Source: Verrucomicrobiota bacterium
Lineage (GTDB): Bacteria; Verrucomicrobiota; Verrucomicrobiia; Limisphaerales; Palsa-1400
DNA length: 64,000 nt
Direction: 5' to 3'
Assembly (NCBI GenBank): GCA_049517295.1
Contig: JBEKSF010000005.1
Location: forward strand, 1 to 64,000
The notes under the pieces are model-generated. The model did no database searches. It saw only the letters and a list, made by a program, of their open reading frames with translations, and was not told the DNA's origin. Both the position numbers and the translations under genes were made by a program. Shown here piece after piece: positions 1-9,673 of the stretch; the first letter of the stretch is position 1; the number at the start of each line of letters is the position of its first letter.

Positions 1-3000
1 CCAGTGACCAGGTTGGAACTGCCTATACTGACCCCATTCAACGTCAGATTGGTGATCGAACCGCCCTGAAAGCCCGGCGGGCAGTTGATCGTACCCCCAA
101 GCAACTGCAAATTCGGAATCAGGCTGTTGGTCACCGTCAGCGTCCCGCCCGTCATCTCGTAGGTGCCGGCGCCGTTGAATAACAGGGGCGGCGTGATCGT
201 AAAGGTGCCACCGCTCATATCCATGAATCCGCCTGACGCCACCGTGTATGCGCCCGTCAGAATCCCCCCGCCACTGAAATACATGCCGGCGTCGGAAGAG
301 CATTCATAGACTCCAGAAGTCGAATTGGTGGAGTAGTTCTGAAAATTCACCGAACCGTCCTCCACATCCACCACCCCCGTGTTGTCCATCTCCAAATCGA
401 AGGTGGTGCCCCCGCTGGTCATCCATTTGCGGAACAGGCCCGCGTTGCTGAAAAACTCGCCCCCATAGTAATCCGAGAACGTCTGGTCGCATTCCACGTT
501 AAACGTCGCCCCCGCCAGATTGGATATCCCATAATCCCAGATAATCTGCGGATTGCCTCCGGTCCAATTGATTGTGCCCGCGTTCGCCAGCCATTCACGC
601 AGTTGCACGTTGCCCGTCAGATTCAGCACCGCGTTGGTCGGTATGTAAAGCGGTACGCCCAGGTAGCCGCCGCTCCAATTGAGCGTCGCCCCCGGCTCCA
701 CCGTCAGCGGAGCGCTGAGCCAGCCGTTCCACGTCAGTGTCGCGTTGCTGGCCACCACCAACGGAGCGTTGATGTTGCCGTAAACAGTCAGGCTGCCGGT
801 AATAAGATTGGAGGTGTTGATGCTCAAGCCGTTCAGCACCAGGTTGGTGATGGACCCGCCCTGGAAGCCCGGGCTGGTGAGGATGGTGCCGCCCTCGAGT
901 TGGAGGTTGGGTATGGTGTTGTTGAGCAGCGTCAACGTGCCCCCGGTCATCTCGTAAGTGCCGGCCCCGCCCAATGATAGCGACGCGGCCTGCGTAAACG
1001 TCCCACCGGTCAAATCAACCACCGCTTGCACCCCCGCCGTAAACGAACCAGTGAGAACACCGCCGTTCTCCAAATTAAAGGCCGTTCCGTTGGCCGCCTC
1101 AAATTGACCCCCAAAGGCGCCGTAACCAAAATCGATCGTGCCCGTGAGCAGTTCCACCGTGCCGATATTCGTGAACGTCGCGGAAATCGACGTGGCGGCG
1201 CTGCTGAGGGATTTGCGCACCAGCCCCTCGTTATTCAGCCAGCCGTATTGCCCGCCGTAATACGGGTAGAGGGACTGATTGCATTCGATGTCAATCGTGG
1301 CGTTGGTCAGGTTGTCGATCGAACCGTCAATGCCCGTATCGTTGATCAACCGCCAATCACCCGACCCGTTCCAGATGATCTGGCCGGCGTTGGTCAGTGC
1401 GGCGTACTGTGAGACGACGGTATCGCCGTCAAGGTAGAGGATCGCGTTGGAGGCCACGGTAAAGATCCCCGACAGAGTGCCCGCCTGCCAGTGCATTGTG
1501 CCGGTGAGGTAATTGCTCCCCGCCAGCGTGACGCCGCTCAAGGTCAGGTTGGTGATGGTCCCTCCCTGGAAACTCGGCCCGAGCGTGACGGTCCCGCCGG
1601 TCATGGCGAGATTCGGGATCACATTGTTGGTCAGCACCAACGAGCCGCCATTCAGGATGTTAACCCCCGGACCCGTGAAGCTTAAGCCGGGGCCATAAGT
1701 AAACGCGCCCCCGCTAAGCACAACCTCGCCGTTGGTGGCCGCCGTGGCCGTCCCATCCAAAAAGCCGCCGCCGGAAAAAATCAACGTCGCGCTGCTGCCG
1801 ACCAGGAAGTCTCCCTCAAACAGACCGCCGCTCTCCACGTTGATCGTGCCCGTTTCCACGTTCACCGTCCCAGTATTGTTCAACGGCATTCCATAAAAGT
1901 AAGTCGTTCCTGTCGTAGGCGACTTGGTGAAGATGCCGTTGTTGTAAAACTCGGCTGACCCGCCGTAGGGGTTGTAAAGGTAATCATCCGTTTCGGCCAG
2001 CCAGGCCCCGTTGTTGGTTATCGTGCTGGCCGAATTGCAGTAAAGCGTCCCCCCGTCCCATGCCACCGTGCCGTTGTTGACCACGGTCGAACTGTAGAAG
2101 CTCTTGCTATTGGCGGTGACGAAATTGAGCGTGGCATTGGTCGCCACGTTCAACGTTCCGTTCAGCGACAGGTTGGTGATGTAACAGGAAGCCCCCGCCA
2201 CAACGGTCAATGCGCCGTTGATCGTCCCGTTGAAATTGAACGCGCCGGTCACCGTGTTGGTCCCGATTAGCGTGGCGTTGACCATCGTCAGGTTGGTGAT
2301 CGACCCGTTCTGAAAGCTCGGCGTCAAAGTGATGGTGCCGCCGTCAATGGCCAGATTGGTGATGGTGGTGTTCGTCAACGTGATGGAGCCGCCCGTCATC
2401 AAATTAGGCCCGGGTCCGCTAAAATTGACGCTCGGCCCGTAAGTAAACGCCCCGCCGCTTATAAGGACTTCGCTGTTGCTGCCTGCCAAATAGTTGCCGT
2501 TAAGGTAGCCGCCGTCTGAAACGTCGAGCGTCGTGTCGCCGGTGGCCAAAAACGTTCCGCCCATGACGCCGCCGCCGTCCAAATTCAACGTGCCGCTGTT
2601 GACATTCACCGTTCCCGAGTTGTCAAATGGTACATTGTAAAAGTAAGTCGTTCCCGTGCTCGGCCCCTTGGTAAACACGCCGTTGTTGTAAAAGACCGGA
2701 CTGCCCCCATAAGGATCGTAAAAATAGTCGTCCGTTTGCGCCAGCCATAGCCCGTTGTTGGTCACCTCCGTGCTCCCATTGCAGTAAAGACTGCCGCCCT
2801 CCCACACCGCCGTCCCGTTGTTCACAATCGTCGCGCTATACATGTAAAGGTACCCGCCCGGTGCATTCAAATTCAGCGTCGCGTTGGAACTGATGATCAA
2901 TTGCCCGGTCAGGCTGCCCGCGTCCCAATTAAACTGGTTGGACACCGTCAGCCCGGCGGTGGCGTTCAATGTCGCGTTGCCGCCCAACGTGACAAAGCCG

Positions 3001-3806
3001 ACATTCGTCGCCGTCCCGACCGTCGGGTTGCCGCCGGTAATCACGGCGGTATCCAGCGGGCCCGGTGTGCCCTGCGGAGTCCAATTGGTCGCATTGAACC
3101 AATCGCTCGACGCCGCTCCCGTCCATGTGTAAGTGGTTCCAACGGCGGGAGTAACGGTGGCTTTCAGGCCGGTTCCCAGGTTGTAAAAGTCGCCATTGGG
3201 GCAACTGACGATGAAATCCACCGTTCCACCCGTCGTCAAGTTGGTCGAAAAATCAAACGCGTATTCCGAATCAAATCCGCCGCCCGACGTAAATACCTGG
3301 AAATTGGTCGCATTCGTGTTGACAATAATCGTCAGATCGTGCGCGTGCGTGCCCGTGTCCTGTATGCGGAAAAGACCGCTGACCTGCCAGGCCCCGTTGC
3401 TCGGGGCGGTAAACCGCACCATCACCGCGTAGCTTTCCGGGTCCGTATGCAAGGTGTCCGGGTCATACACAACTGAACCGCTGCTAAAGGCATTGACGAA
3501 ATCCTTGTCCACCACGCAAGAATCCGGCAATGACATGCCGTTCCACCAACCGGCATCGGCGCCCGATTCGATGGCAACCGTGGTGCCCAGCAGTTGAAAT
3601 GGATTGCCCACCGCCGTCGCCCAGCCGTAGCTCCACACGCCGTTGGGATTGGCATTGGTGCTGAAGTCGCCCACCGCGTCAAATCCGTACAGGCGCGCGC
3701 CTAGCAGCAGAAAACAAAGCGGGATGAGCAAACCAATTCCGCGCGTCAATTGGTTGCCGCGTATAGAACGGTACGCACGGAAAAAATCGAAGGTGTTGGC
3801 CTTCAT
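1..3806 (-). CDS. Large secreted beta-strand repeat protein (PATR / autotransporter-associated beta-strand-repeat-like). Only the N-terminal ~1268 aa lie in the window; the C-terminus is beyond the left edge.
   Basis: ATG at 3806 (minus) opens an uninterrupted frame to position 1. It is absent from the ORF track because no stop occurs in the window. The N-terminus MKANTFDFFRAYRSIRGNQLTRGIGLLIPLCFLLLGARLYG looks like a signal peptide. The body is Gly/Asn/Thr-rich with recurring modules (..GGTLNLDGGGV.., ..LTNTTITNLAIDGGTITLTPSFQNGSITNL..). A ~250-aa internal duplication is visible at DNA level (~2040-2290 vs ~2790-2850). Confidence 0.6.
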   Translation of the reverse strand, partial: MKANTFDFFRAYRSIRGNQLTRGIGLLIPLCFLLLGARLYGFDAVGDFSTNANPNGVWSYGWATAVGNPFQLLGTTVAIESGADAGWWNGMSLPDSCVVDKDFVNAFSSGSVVYDPDTLHTDPESYAVMVRFTAPSNGAWQVSGLFRIQDTGTHAHDLTIIVNTNATNFQVFTSGGGFDSEYAFDFSTNLTTGGTVDFIVSCPNGDFYNLGTGLKATVTPAVGTTYTWTGAASSDWFNATNWTPQGTPGPLDTAVITGGNPTVGTATNVGFVTLGGNATLNATAGLTVSNQFNWDAGSLTGQLIISSNATLNLNAPGGYLYMYSATIVNNGTAVWEGGSLYCNGSTEVTNNGLWLAQTDDYFYDPYGGSPVFYNNGVFTKGPSTGTTYFYNVPFDNSGTVNVNSGTLNLDGGGVMGGTFLATGDTTLDVSDGGYLNGNYLAGSNSEVLISGGAFTYGPSVNFSGPGPNLMTGGSITLTNTTITNLAIDGGTITLTPSFQNGSITNLTMVNATLIGTNTVTGAFNFNGTINGALTVVAGASCYITNLSLNGTLNVATNATLNFVTANSKSFYSSTVVNNGTVAWDGGTLYCNSASTITNNGAWLAETDDYLYNPYGGSAEFYNNGIFTKSPTTGTTYFYGMPLNNTGTVNVETGTINVESGGLFEGDFLVGSSATLIFSGGGFLDGTATAATNGEVVLSGGAFTYGPGLSFTGPGVNILNGGSLVLTNNVIPNLAMTGGTVTLGPSFQGGTITNLTLSGVTLAGSNYLTGTMHWQAGTLSGIFTVASNAILYLDGDTVVSQYAALTNAGQIIWNGSGDWRLINDTGIDGSIDNLTNATIDIECNQSLYPYYGGQYGWLNNEGLVRKSLSSAATSISATFTNIGTVELLTGTIDFGYGAFGGQFEAANGTAFNLENGGVLTGSFTAGVQAVVDLTGGTFTQAASLSLGGAGTYEMTGGTLTLLNNTIPNLQLEGGTILTSPGFQGGSITNLVLNGLSINTSNLITGSLTVYGNINAPLVVASNATLTWNGWLSAPLTVEPGATLNWSGGYLGVPLYIPTNAVLNLTGNVQLREWLANAGTINWTGGNPQIIWDYGISNLAGATFNVECDQTFSDYYGGEFFSNAGLFRKWMTSGGTTFDLEMDNTGVVDVEDGSVNFQNYSTNSTSGVYECSSDAGMYFSGGGILTGAYTVASGGFMDMSGGTFTITPPLLFNGAGTYEMTGGTLTVTNSLIPNLQLLGGTINCPPGFQGGSITNLTLNGVSIGSSNLVT

Positions 3807-3921
3807 TAAGTATCTCGAAAGTGAAGTCTAGGATTCTCGCCAAAACGAATCAATCAAAAAGTGTAAAATTCTTTGGCGGGGAAACCCCTACACGCAGAGT
3901 CAAGATGAAATCGTTGCTCGT

Positions 3922-5772
3922 TCAGTCCGACAACGCCGGATGCGAGATTTCCACCTGCCCTATCTGCGTTTCGCCGCTGACTTGAATTTCAAAATACCGG
4001 CCCGCCCCAACCTTCTCCGCGTGGAACAACACCGCCTTCCAGTAACCATACTCGCCCGCCCCGCGGTAATAAAACTCCCTTTGCGCCGCGACTTCCCGAA
4101 ACTCTTTCCCGTCGTCGGAAACGGAGAATCTCACCTCGCTCTCCGCCTTGGGGAAAAACGCAATGACACGGAAGCCTTCGATCGCCGCCGGCACTCGGTA
4201 AATCAGCGCCGCGCCCCCCGCTCCGGCGGCGCGATGGGCGTCCTCCAGGGCCGAGCGGCAGTTGCGGTTGACGATCTTCCATTCGCCGCGCAGCCCGTTG
4301 ACCTTTGACAAGTCAGCCAGTTCGTCCACCAGCGTCGCCGTCCTCGCTTCTACCGGCCCGACAATGTTCGATGCCTCCGATAGCCCCGATTCATTCCGGG
4401 CGCGGACCCGGTAATACCATTTTCCAGCCGGAACGGTTTCATCCGCAAACTGCGGCCGATACTGCGTGAACGCTTCATCCACGTTGGCCGCAACGATCTG
4501 CCAGGGGCCGGACACCTTTGCCGCGCGTTCAACTTGATAACTGGCCGCCCCAACGGAGCCTTGCCACGAAATCGCCGCCGCGTCCGCGATGGGCAACAGT
4601 CTGGGCGCTGCGGGAATGGCAATCTCCGGCGCGGCCATGCCGCGTATGGCGAAGGCATTCGAGCGCACCAGCTTCAGCAATGCCCTCTCGTCGTAAGGAT
4701 CGCCCAGCGCCGATCCGGGCCAGTGGAATGCCTTGTAGAGGTTGTCCCCATAAGGTTCGCTGTGCCAGTAAAACCCGCCGTCCCGGTTCCGGAAGCGCAA
4801 GCTCCAGAGCAATCCCCCGCTGGCGCCGCTCTCGGCTATGGCCTCCATTGCCGCTTGCATCTCCGCCGTGCTCACAAAACCAAACTCCCCGATGATGTAG
4901 GCCTTTTTTCCTTTTGCCCGCCCCGCGTTCTCTCTGATCAGTTGCGCAAACGCCTTCCCACCGCCGGGATAATGGTGTGTCGTGACGACGTCCACCTCCG
5001 GCATCTCCAGCGATTCCTCTCGCAGCACCGCCGTGTTGAAGCCGTCCATCACCAGGTGGTTTGTGTCCACGGACTTTATATAACGGGCCACCTGGCGCGT
5101 CCAGTCGGCGGGCGACTGCAGTTCGTTCCCTGTTTCCCAGCAGAGTATCGCTTTGTCCTCGCAATAGCGCGTGCCCGTGACGGTGTTGGTGCGCGTCAGA
5201 ACATACTGAATCGTCTGCTCAAAGTCGCCGATGAGCTGGGCGTCGCTCCAGAAACTGTCTCTGCTTTTGCCGCGAAAACCGGCATATTGCGCGCGCCCAC
5301 CCATCCACGGCCAGTTGTCCACCAGCGGAATGATCAGCCGCACACCGGCCCGGTTGGCCTCCGCCAGAACTTCGTCCAGTGTGCGGAAACTCTCTTCGTC
5401 AAATCTCCCCGGGCCCAGTACGTGCCGATGCGTGCCGGGCGGATCGTTCGTCCGTTGAACGGTGATCACGTAGGTGCGCGCAACCGTGCCGCCCGCTTCC
5501 CGCACCGTTTCCAGCGCGTCGCTGATTTCAAATCGATCCGGCAGCCGCCACGGGTTTTCCTGGCCAAACCTCACGTTGTCCTCGATTTCCAGCAAATTCG
5601 GGACATCAAACGAAATGAAGCGAAACGGCTCGCCGCCCTCCAGCAACTGGCCGTCTTTGACCGTGATAAAGTGTTCCAGCTTGGAGTTCGCCGCGCTCGC
5701 GCAAATGGCCGCGCCCAGCACCGCTGCCAGCGTGGCGACCCCGGTTTTCATTGCGTCAATACTATGTTTCAT
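3922..5772 (-). CDS. Secreted GH5 glycoside hydrolase (beta-mannanase-like) with C-terminal fibronectin-III-like and beta-sandwich domains
   Basis: The true start is MKHSIDAMKTGVATLAAVLGAAICASA (signal peptide) at 5772. The track ORF 3922..6333 carries a spurious 187-aa upstream extension. GH5 motifs are present: acid/base W-E-T-G-N-E-L, H-H-Y, and nucleophile region AYIIGEFGF. An FN3-like segment (YYRVRARNESGLSEAS) follows. Confidence 0.75.
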   Translation of the reverse strand: MKHSIDAMKTGVATLAAVLGAAICASAANSKLEHFITVKDGQLLEGGEPFRFISFDVPNLLEIEDNVRFGQENPWRLPDRFEISDALETVREAGGTVARTYVITVQRTNDPPGTHRHVLGPGRFDEESFRTLDEVLAEANRAGVRLIIPLVDNWPWMGGRAQYAGFRGKSRDSFWSDAQLIGDFEQTIQYVLTRTNTVTGTRYCEDKAILCWETGNELQSPADWTRQVARYIKSVDTNHLVMDGFNTAVLREESLEMPEVDVVTTHHYPGGGKAFAQLIRENAGRAKGKKAYIIGEFGFVSTAEMQAAMEAIAESGASGGLLWSLRFRNRDGGFYWHSEPYGDNLYKAFHWPGSALGDPYDERALLKLVRSNAFAIRGMAAPEIAIPAAPRLLPIADAAAISWQGSVGAASYQVERAAKVSGPWQIVAANVDEAFTQYRPQFADETVPAGKWYYRVRARNESGLSEASNIVGPVEARTATLVDELADLSKVNGLRGEWKIVNRNCRSALEDAHRAAGAGGAALIYRVPAAIEGFRVIAFFPKAESEVRFSVSDDGKEFREVAAQREFYYRGAGEYGYWKAVLFHAEKVGAGRYFEIQVSGETQIGQVEISHPALSD

Positions 5773-7190
5773 GCGTTCCCTTTGCCCCCCCTCCGCGCCG
5801 CCAGTTCCCCCTCTATCTTCTCCATCAACGATTCCTTCAACGGATACACCAGCATGAATGCCCCGGACGCCAGCGCCCCCAGCGCCGGATAAATGCTCAC
5901 CATCATCCGAATCCCGTTCTGCGTGAAGCTGCTTTGCGCCACGTTGGCCTTGAACCCGTAATATCCCAGCAGCCAGCCCGCCAGCGCGCCCCCAATCGTC
6001 CACCCGAATTTTTGCGACATCGACGACGCCGAAAACACCAGTCCCGTCGCCCGCCGTCCCGTTTTCCATTCCGAATAGTCCGCCGTGTCCGCATACATCG
6101 ACCACACCAGCGGAAATACAACCCCCGCGCTGGCGCTGACCAGAAATTGCAACACAAACACCATCGCCACGTGCTCCCGATCCACCCAGTAGAACCCCAG
6201 GCTGAACACCGTCGCCGAGAGCATCGCCGCAAAAAACGTGTTCTTCTTGCCCAGCCGGTCGGATACCGGTTTGGCCAGGATCACCCCCAGGATGTTCGCC
6301 GCCTGCCCAAGCACAAAATACAAACTGCTCCACGTGATGGTCAGATTGAAGGCGGGGATGGAAAAAGGGCTTTCTCCCCCCAGGTAATACTTGAAATAGT
6401 AAATCGCCGCCCCGTCACGGATGGAGTTGAAGAAAATGGTCGCCACGCCCGCCCCCAGCAATATGAACCACGGATAATTCCCCAGCAGATCCTTCAAATC
6501 GTGTTTCAACGAAGTCTGTTCCGTCACCGGCTTGATCCGTTCCCGCGTCCACAAAAACGTCAGCCAGAAAAGTATGATCGCCAGAACGGCAAACACTCCC
6601 GCCGCCCATTGCCAGCCCCGCCTCAAATTCACCCCCTCATTGCCCATCTTGCTGAATATGCTCACCAGCGGTTCGGCCGCCGCAAGCACCAAAAAGCTGC
6701 CCCCAAACGCAAATATAAACCGGAACGTTGCCAGCGTCGTCCGTTCCTTGCCGTCCGACGTCATCACTCCCATCAGCGAGGCGTAAGGTACGTTGATCAG
6801 CGAATACACCATCATCATCAGCGAATACGTCACGTACGCGTAGATGAGTTTCCCCGACGCGCTGAATGACGGCGTGGTGAAGGTGAGCACTCCTATGATC
6901 CCAAATGGAATCGCCACCCATAACAAGTAGGGCCGGAATTTCCCCCACCGGCTCTCCGTCCGGTCGCCCAGCACTCCCACAAACGGGTCAAACGCCGCGT
7001 CCCAAATGCGCGTCAGCAAAAACATCGTCCCTACCGCCGCCGCCGTTATTCCGAACACGTCCGTGTAAAAGAACATCAAATACATCGAAAACAGCTTCCA
7101 GAACATGGAAGACGCCGCGTCGCCAAATCCGTAGGCGATCTTCTCTTTGAGGGCCAGTCGAGTTGTCAGCATAGTGTTCCTTTGTATCAA
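5769..7190 (-). CDS. Glycoside-pentoside-hexuronide (GPH):cation symporter family sugar transporter (MelB/XynP-like)
   Basis: The N-terminal GPH signature LALKEKIAYGFGDAASS is present, with ~12 predicted TM helices. Its stop TGA overlaps the GH5 start in an ATGA arrangement (5769-5772). Start may be M1 (7190) or M7 (7172). Confidence 0.7.
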   Translation of the reverse strand: MIQRNTMLTTRLALKEKIAYGFGDAASSMFWKLFSMYLMFFYTDVFGITAAAVGTMFLLTRIWDAAFDPFVGVLGDRTESRWGKFRPYLLWVAIPFGIIGVLTFTTPSFSASGKLIYAYVTYSLMMMVYSLINVPYASLMGVMTSDGKERTTLATFRFIFAFGGSFLVLAAAEPLVSIFSKMGNEGVNLRRGWQWAAGVFAVLAIILFWLTFLWTRERIKPVTEQTSLKHDLKDLLGNYPWFILLGAGVATIFFNSIRDGAAIYYFKYYLGGESPFSIPAFNLTITWSSLYFVLGQAANILGVILAKPVSDRLGKKNTFFAAMLSATVFSLGFYWVDREHVAMVFVLQFLVSASAGVVFPLVWSMYADTADYSEWKTGRRATGLVFSASSMSQKFGWTIGGALAGWLLGYYGFKANVAQSSFTQNGIRMMVSIYPALGALASGAFMLVYPLKESLMEKIEGELAARRGGKGNA

Positions 7191-7202
7191 TCGCTCCTTC
7201 CG

Positions 7203-9657
7203 CTACCCCTCCAGCACCGCTTCCACCCGGATCGGTTCCTTGCGCGGCTCGCTCACCGGCAGCAGGTTGCCCGCCATTCTCTTGCCGTCCACCATCAGGC
7301 TCCTGACGCCCCGCTGTTTTCCATGCGGATTCTTCACCTCGATAATGTATGTATTGCCCCGAAAACGGCGGCTGACGCTAAAGCCCTTCCACTTCCGCGG
7401 AATCACCGGGTCAACCCGCAGCCCCTCATAATCCGTCCGAATCCCCAGTATCCATTGCGTCGCCGCATAATACGTCCACGCCGCCGTCCCCGTAAGCCAT
7501 GAATTCTTGGCCTCCCCGTGTGTCGGCGCGTCCTTGCCCGCGATCATCTGTGCGAACACGTACGGCTCGCACCGATGCAGATGGCCGATCTTCTCACGCG
7601 CCGAGGGGTTGATTCGCGTGTAATAGTCAAAAGCCCGGTCGCCGTTTCCCACCCTCGTTTCGGCAATGATGATCCACGGGTTGTTGTGGCAAAATATCCC
7701 CGCGTTCTCCTTGTACCCCGGCGGGTACGACGAAATCTCCCCCATCTCAATATAATACCTCGAAAACGCCGGCTGTTGCAGCACGATCCCGTGCCGGGTC
7801 GCAAGGTGCTTGTTCACCGATTCCAGCGCCAACTTCGCTTTCCCATCCTTCAATCCGATCCCTGCCATGATGCAGATGCCCTGCGATTCGATGAAAATCT
7901 TGCCCTCCTCGCACTCTTTTGACCCAATCGCCTTGCCGAAGTCATTGTAGGCCCGCACGAACCATTCCCCGTCCCACCCGTATGCCTGCACCACTTTCTC
8001 CATTTTCGCGGCCTCGGCCAGAATATCCCCGGCTTGGGCCTTCAGCCCGCGCTTGTTCGCTATGGCCGCCAGTTCGCCCGCCGCAAGCACGAACAGCCCC
8101 GCGATGAACACCGACTCCGCCACCTTGCCCTCCTTGTTGGTCGTCGTTTGAAATGACTCTCCCGGCGTGTCCGAAAAACAATTCAGGTTCAGGCAATCGT
8201 TCCAGTCCGCCCGCCCGATCAACGGCAGCCCGTGCGGCCCGATTCGCTCCAGCGTGTAACGGAAACTCCGGCACAGGTGTTCATACAGCGGCTCCTCGCT
8301 TCCAGCCTCGTTCTCGAATGGCACCCGCTCCTCCAATATGCTCCAGTCTCCCGTCTCCTTCAGATACGCCGCCACTCCCAAAATCAGCCAGTGCGGATCA
8401 TCGTTAAATCCGCTCCCAATGTCGTTGTTCCCTCGCTTGGTCAGCGGCTGATATTGATGGAACGCGCCCCCGCTCTTCAACTGCGTCGCCGCTATGTCCA
8501 GTATCCGCTCCCGCGCGCGCGCCGGAACCATCTGCACAAAGCCCAGCAAGTCCTGGTTGGAATCCCGGAATCCCAGCCCGCGCCCTATCCCCGATTCATA
8601 AAACGACGCCGAGCGCGACATGTTGAACGTCGCCATGCACTGGTAGGCGTTCCATATATTAACCATCCGCCTCGCGTGCGTGTCGGGGCATTGCACCTGG
8701 CACACCCCCAGCAATTGGTCCCAGTACACCCGTAGCGCCTCGAACGCCGCCGCCACCTCCACGCCGTCAAGGTACTTGTCGATCACAGGCCGCACGCTCT
8801 TCTTGTTGATCGTCTGGGAATTGGCCGGATCAAACTTCTCTTTCACCGGGTTCTCGTGGTATCCGAGCACGAATATGATCTCCCGGCTCTCCCCCGGCTT
8901 TAAATTCAACTTGACATGATGCGATCCGTGCGGCGCCCAACCGTGCGCGATGGAGTTGAACGATTTCCCGCGCCGGACCGCCGCCGGGTTGTCCCAGCCC
9001 TCGTAGGCCCCCAGAAATGTGTCGCGCTGCGTGTCGAATCCCGCCAGTTCCTCCGAACACGCAAAATAGGCGAAGTGGTTGCGCCGCTCCCGGTACTCGG
9101 TTTTGTGGTAAATCACCCCCTCCTCCACCTCCACCTGCCCGGTGCTGAAATTGCGTTGGAAATTCGTCGCGTCGTCCTGCGCGTCCCACAGGCAAAACTC
9201 AACGCTCGAAAATATCGACAGTTTCGCTCCCCTCCTCCGCCCGTTGGTCACCCGCAGCTTCCAGATTTCCAGCGTCTGCCCCAGCGGCACAAAATAACAC
9301 GTGCTCGCCTGGATTTTTTTGTGTTCCGACCCGATGATCGTGTAGCCCATGCCGTGCCGGCACTCGTAATGTTCCAACTCCCCGCGCGTCGGCTGCCACG
9401 ATGGCGACCAGAACTCCTCGCTCTCATTGTCGCGGATGTAAATGTAGCGCCCCCCCACGTCGAACGGCGCGTTGTTGTAACGGTAGCGCGTCAACCGCCG
9501 CATCCGCGCGTCCCGATAAAACGAATAGCCGCCCGCCGTGTTGGAGATGATGCCGAAATAGGCCTCGCACCCCAGGTAATTGATCCACGGCAGCGGCGTC
9601 TTCGGCTCGGTGATCACGTACTCGCGCTTCTTGTCGTCGAAATATCCGTATCGCATA
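7203..9657 (-). CDS. GH94 family disaccharide/oligosaccharide phosphorylase (cellobiose-phosphorylase-like)
   Basis: Start MRYGYFDDKKREYVITEPKTPLPWINYLG matches the canonical cellobiose-phosphorylase N-terminus. A GAGGAAG Shine-Dalgarno lies upstream. Length is 818 aa. The track ORF begins 102 codons too early (alternative-start over-extension). Confidence 0.75.
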
Positions 9658-9673
9658 TCTTCCTCTCTTTTCT

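Noticed and set aside
5773-6333. 187-aa N-terminal extension of the GH5 ORF in the track (3922..6333)
   Set aside because: The extension is antisense-overlapped by the GPH transporter gene. The real start is MKHS at 5772, with a signal peptide and ATGA coupling.
4534-6869. Plus-strand ORFs of 452 aa and 372 aa inside the GH5 and GPH genes
   Set aside because: They are antisense to motif-supported genes and Arg/Pro/His-rich junk translation.
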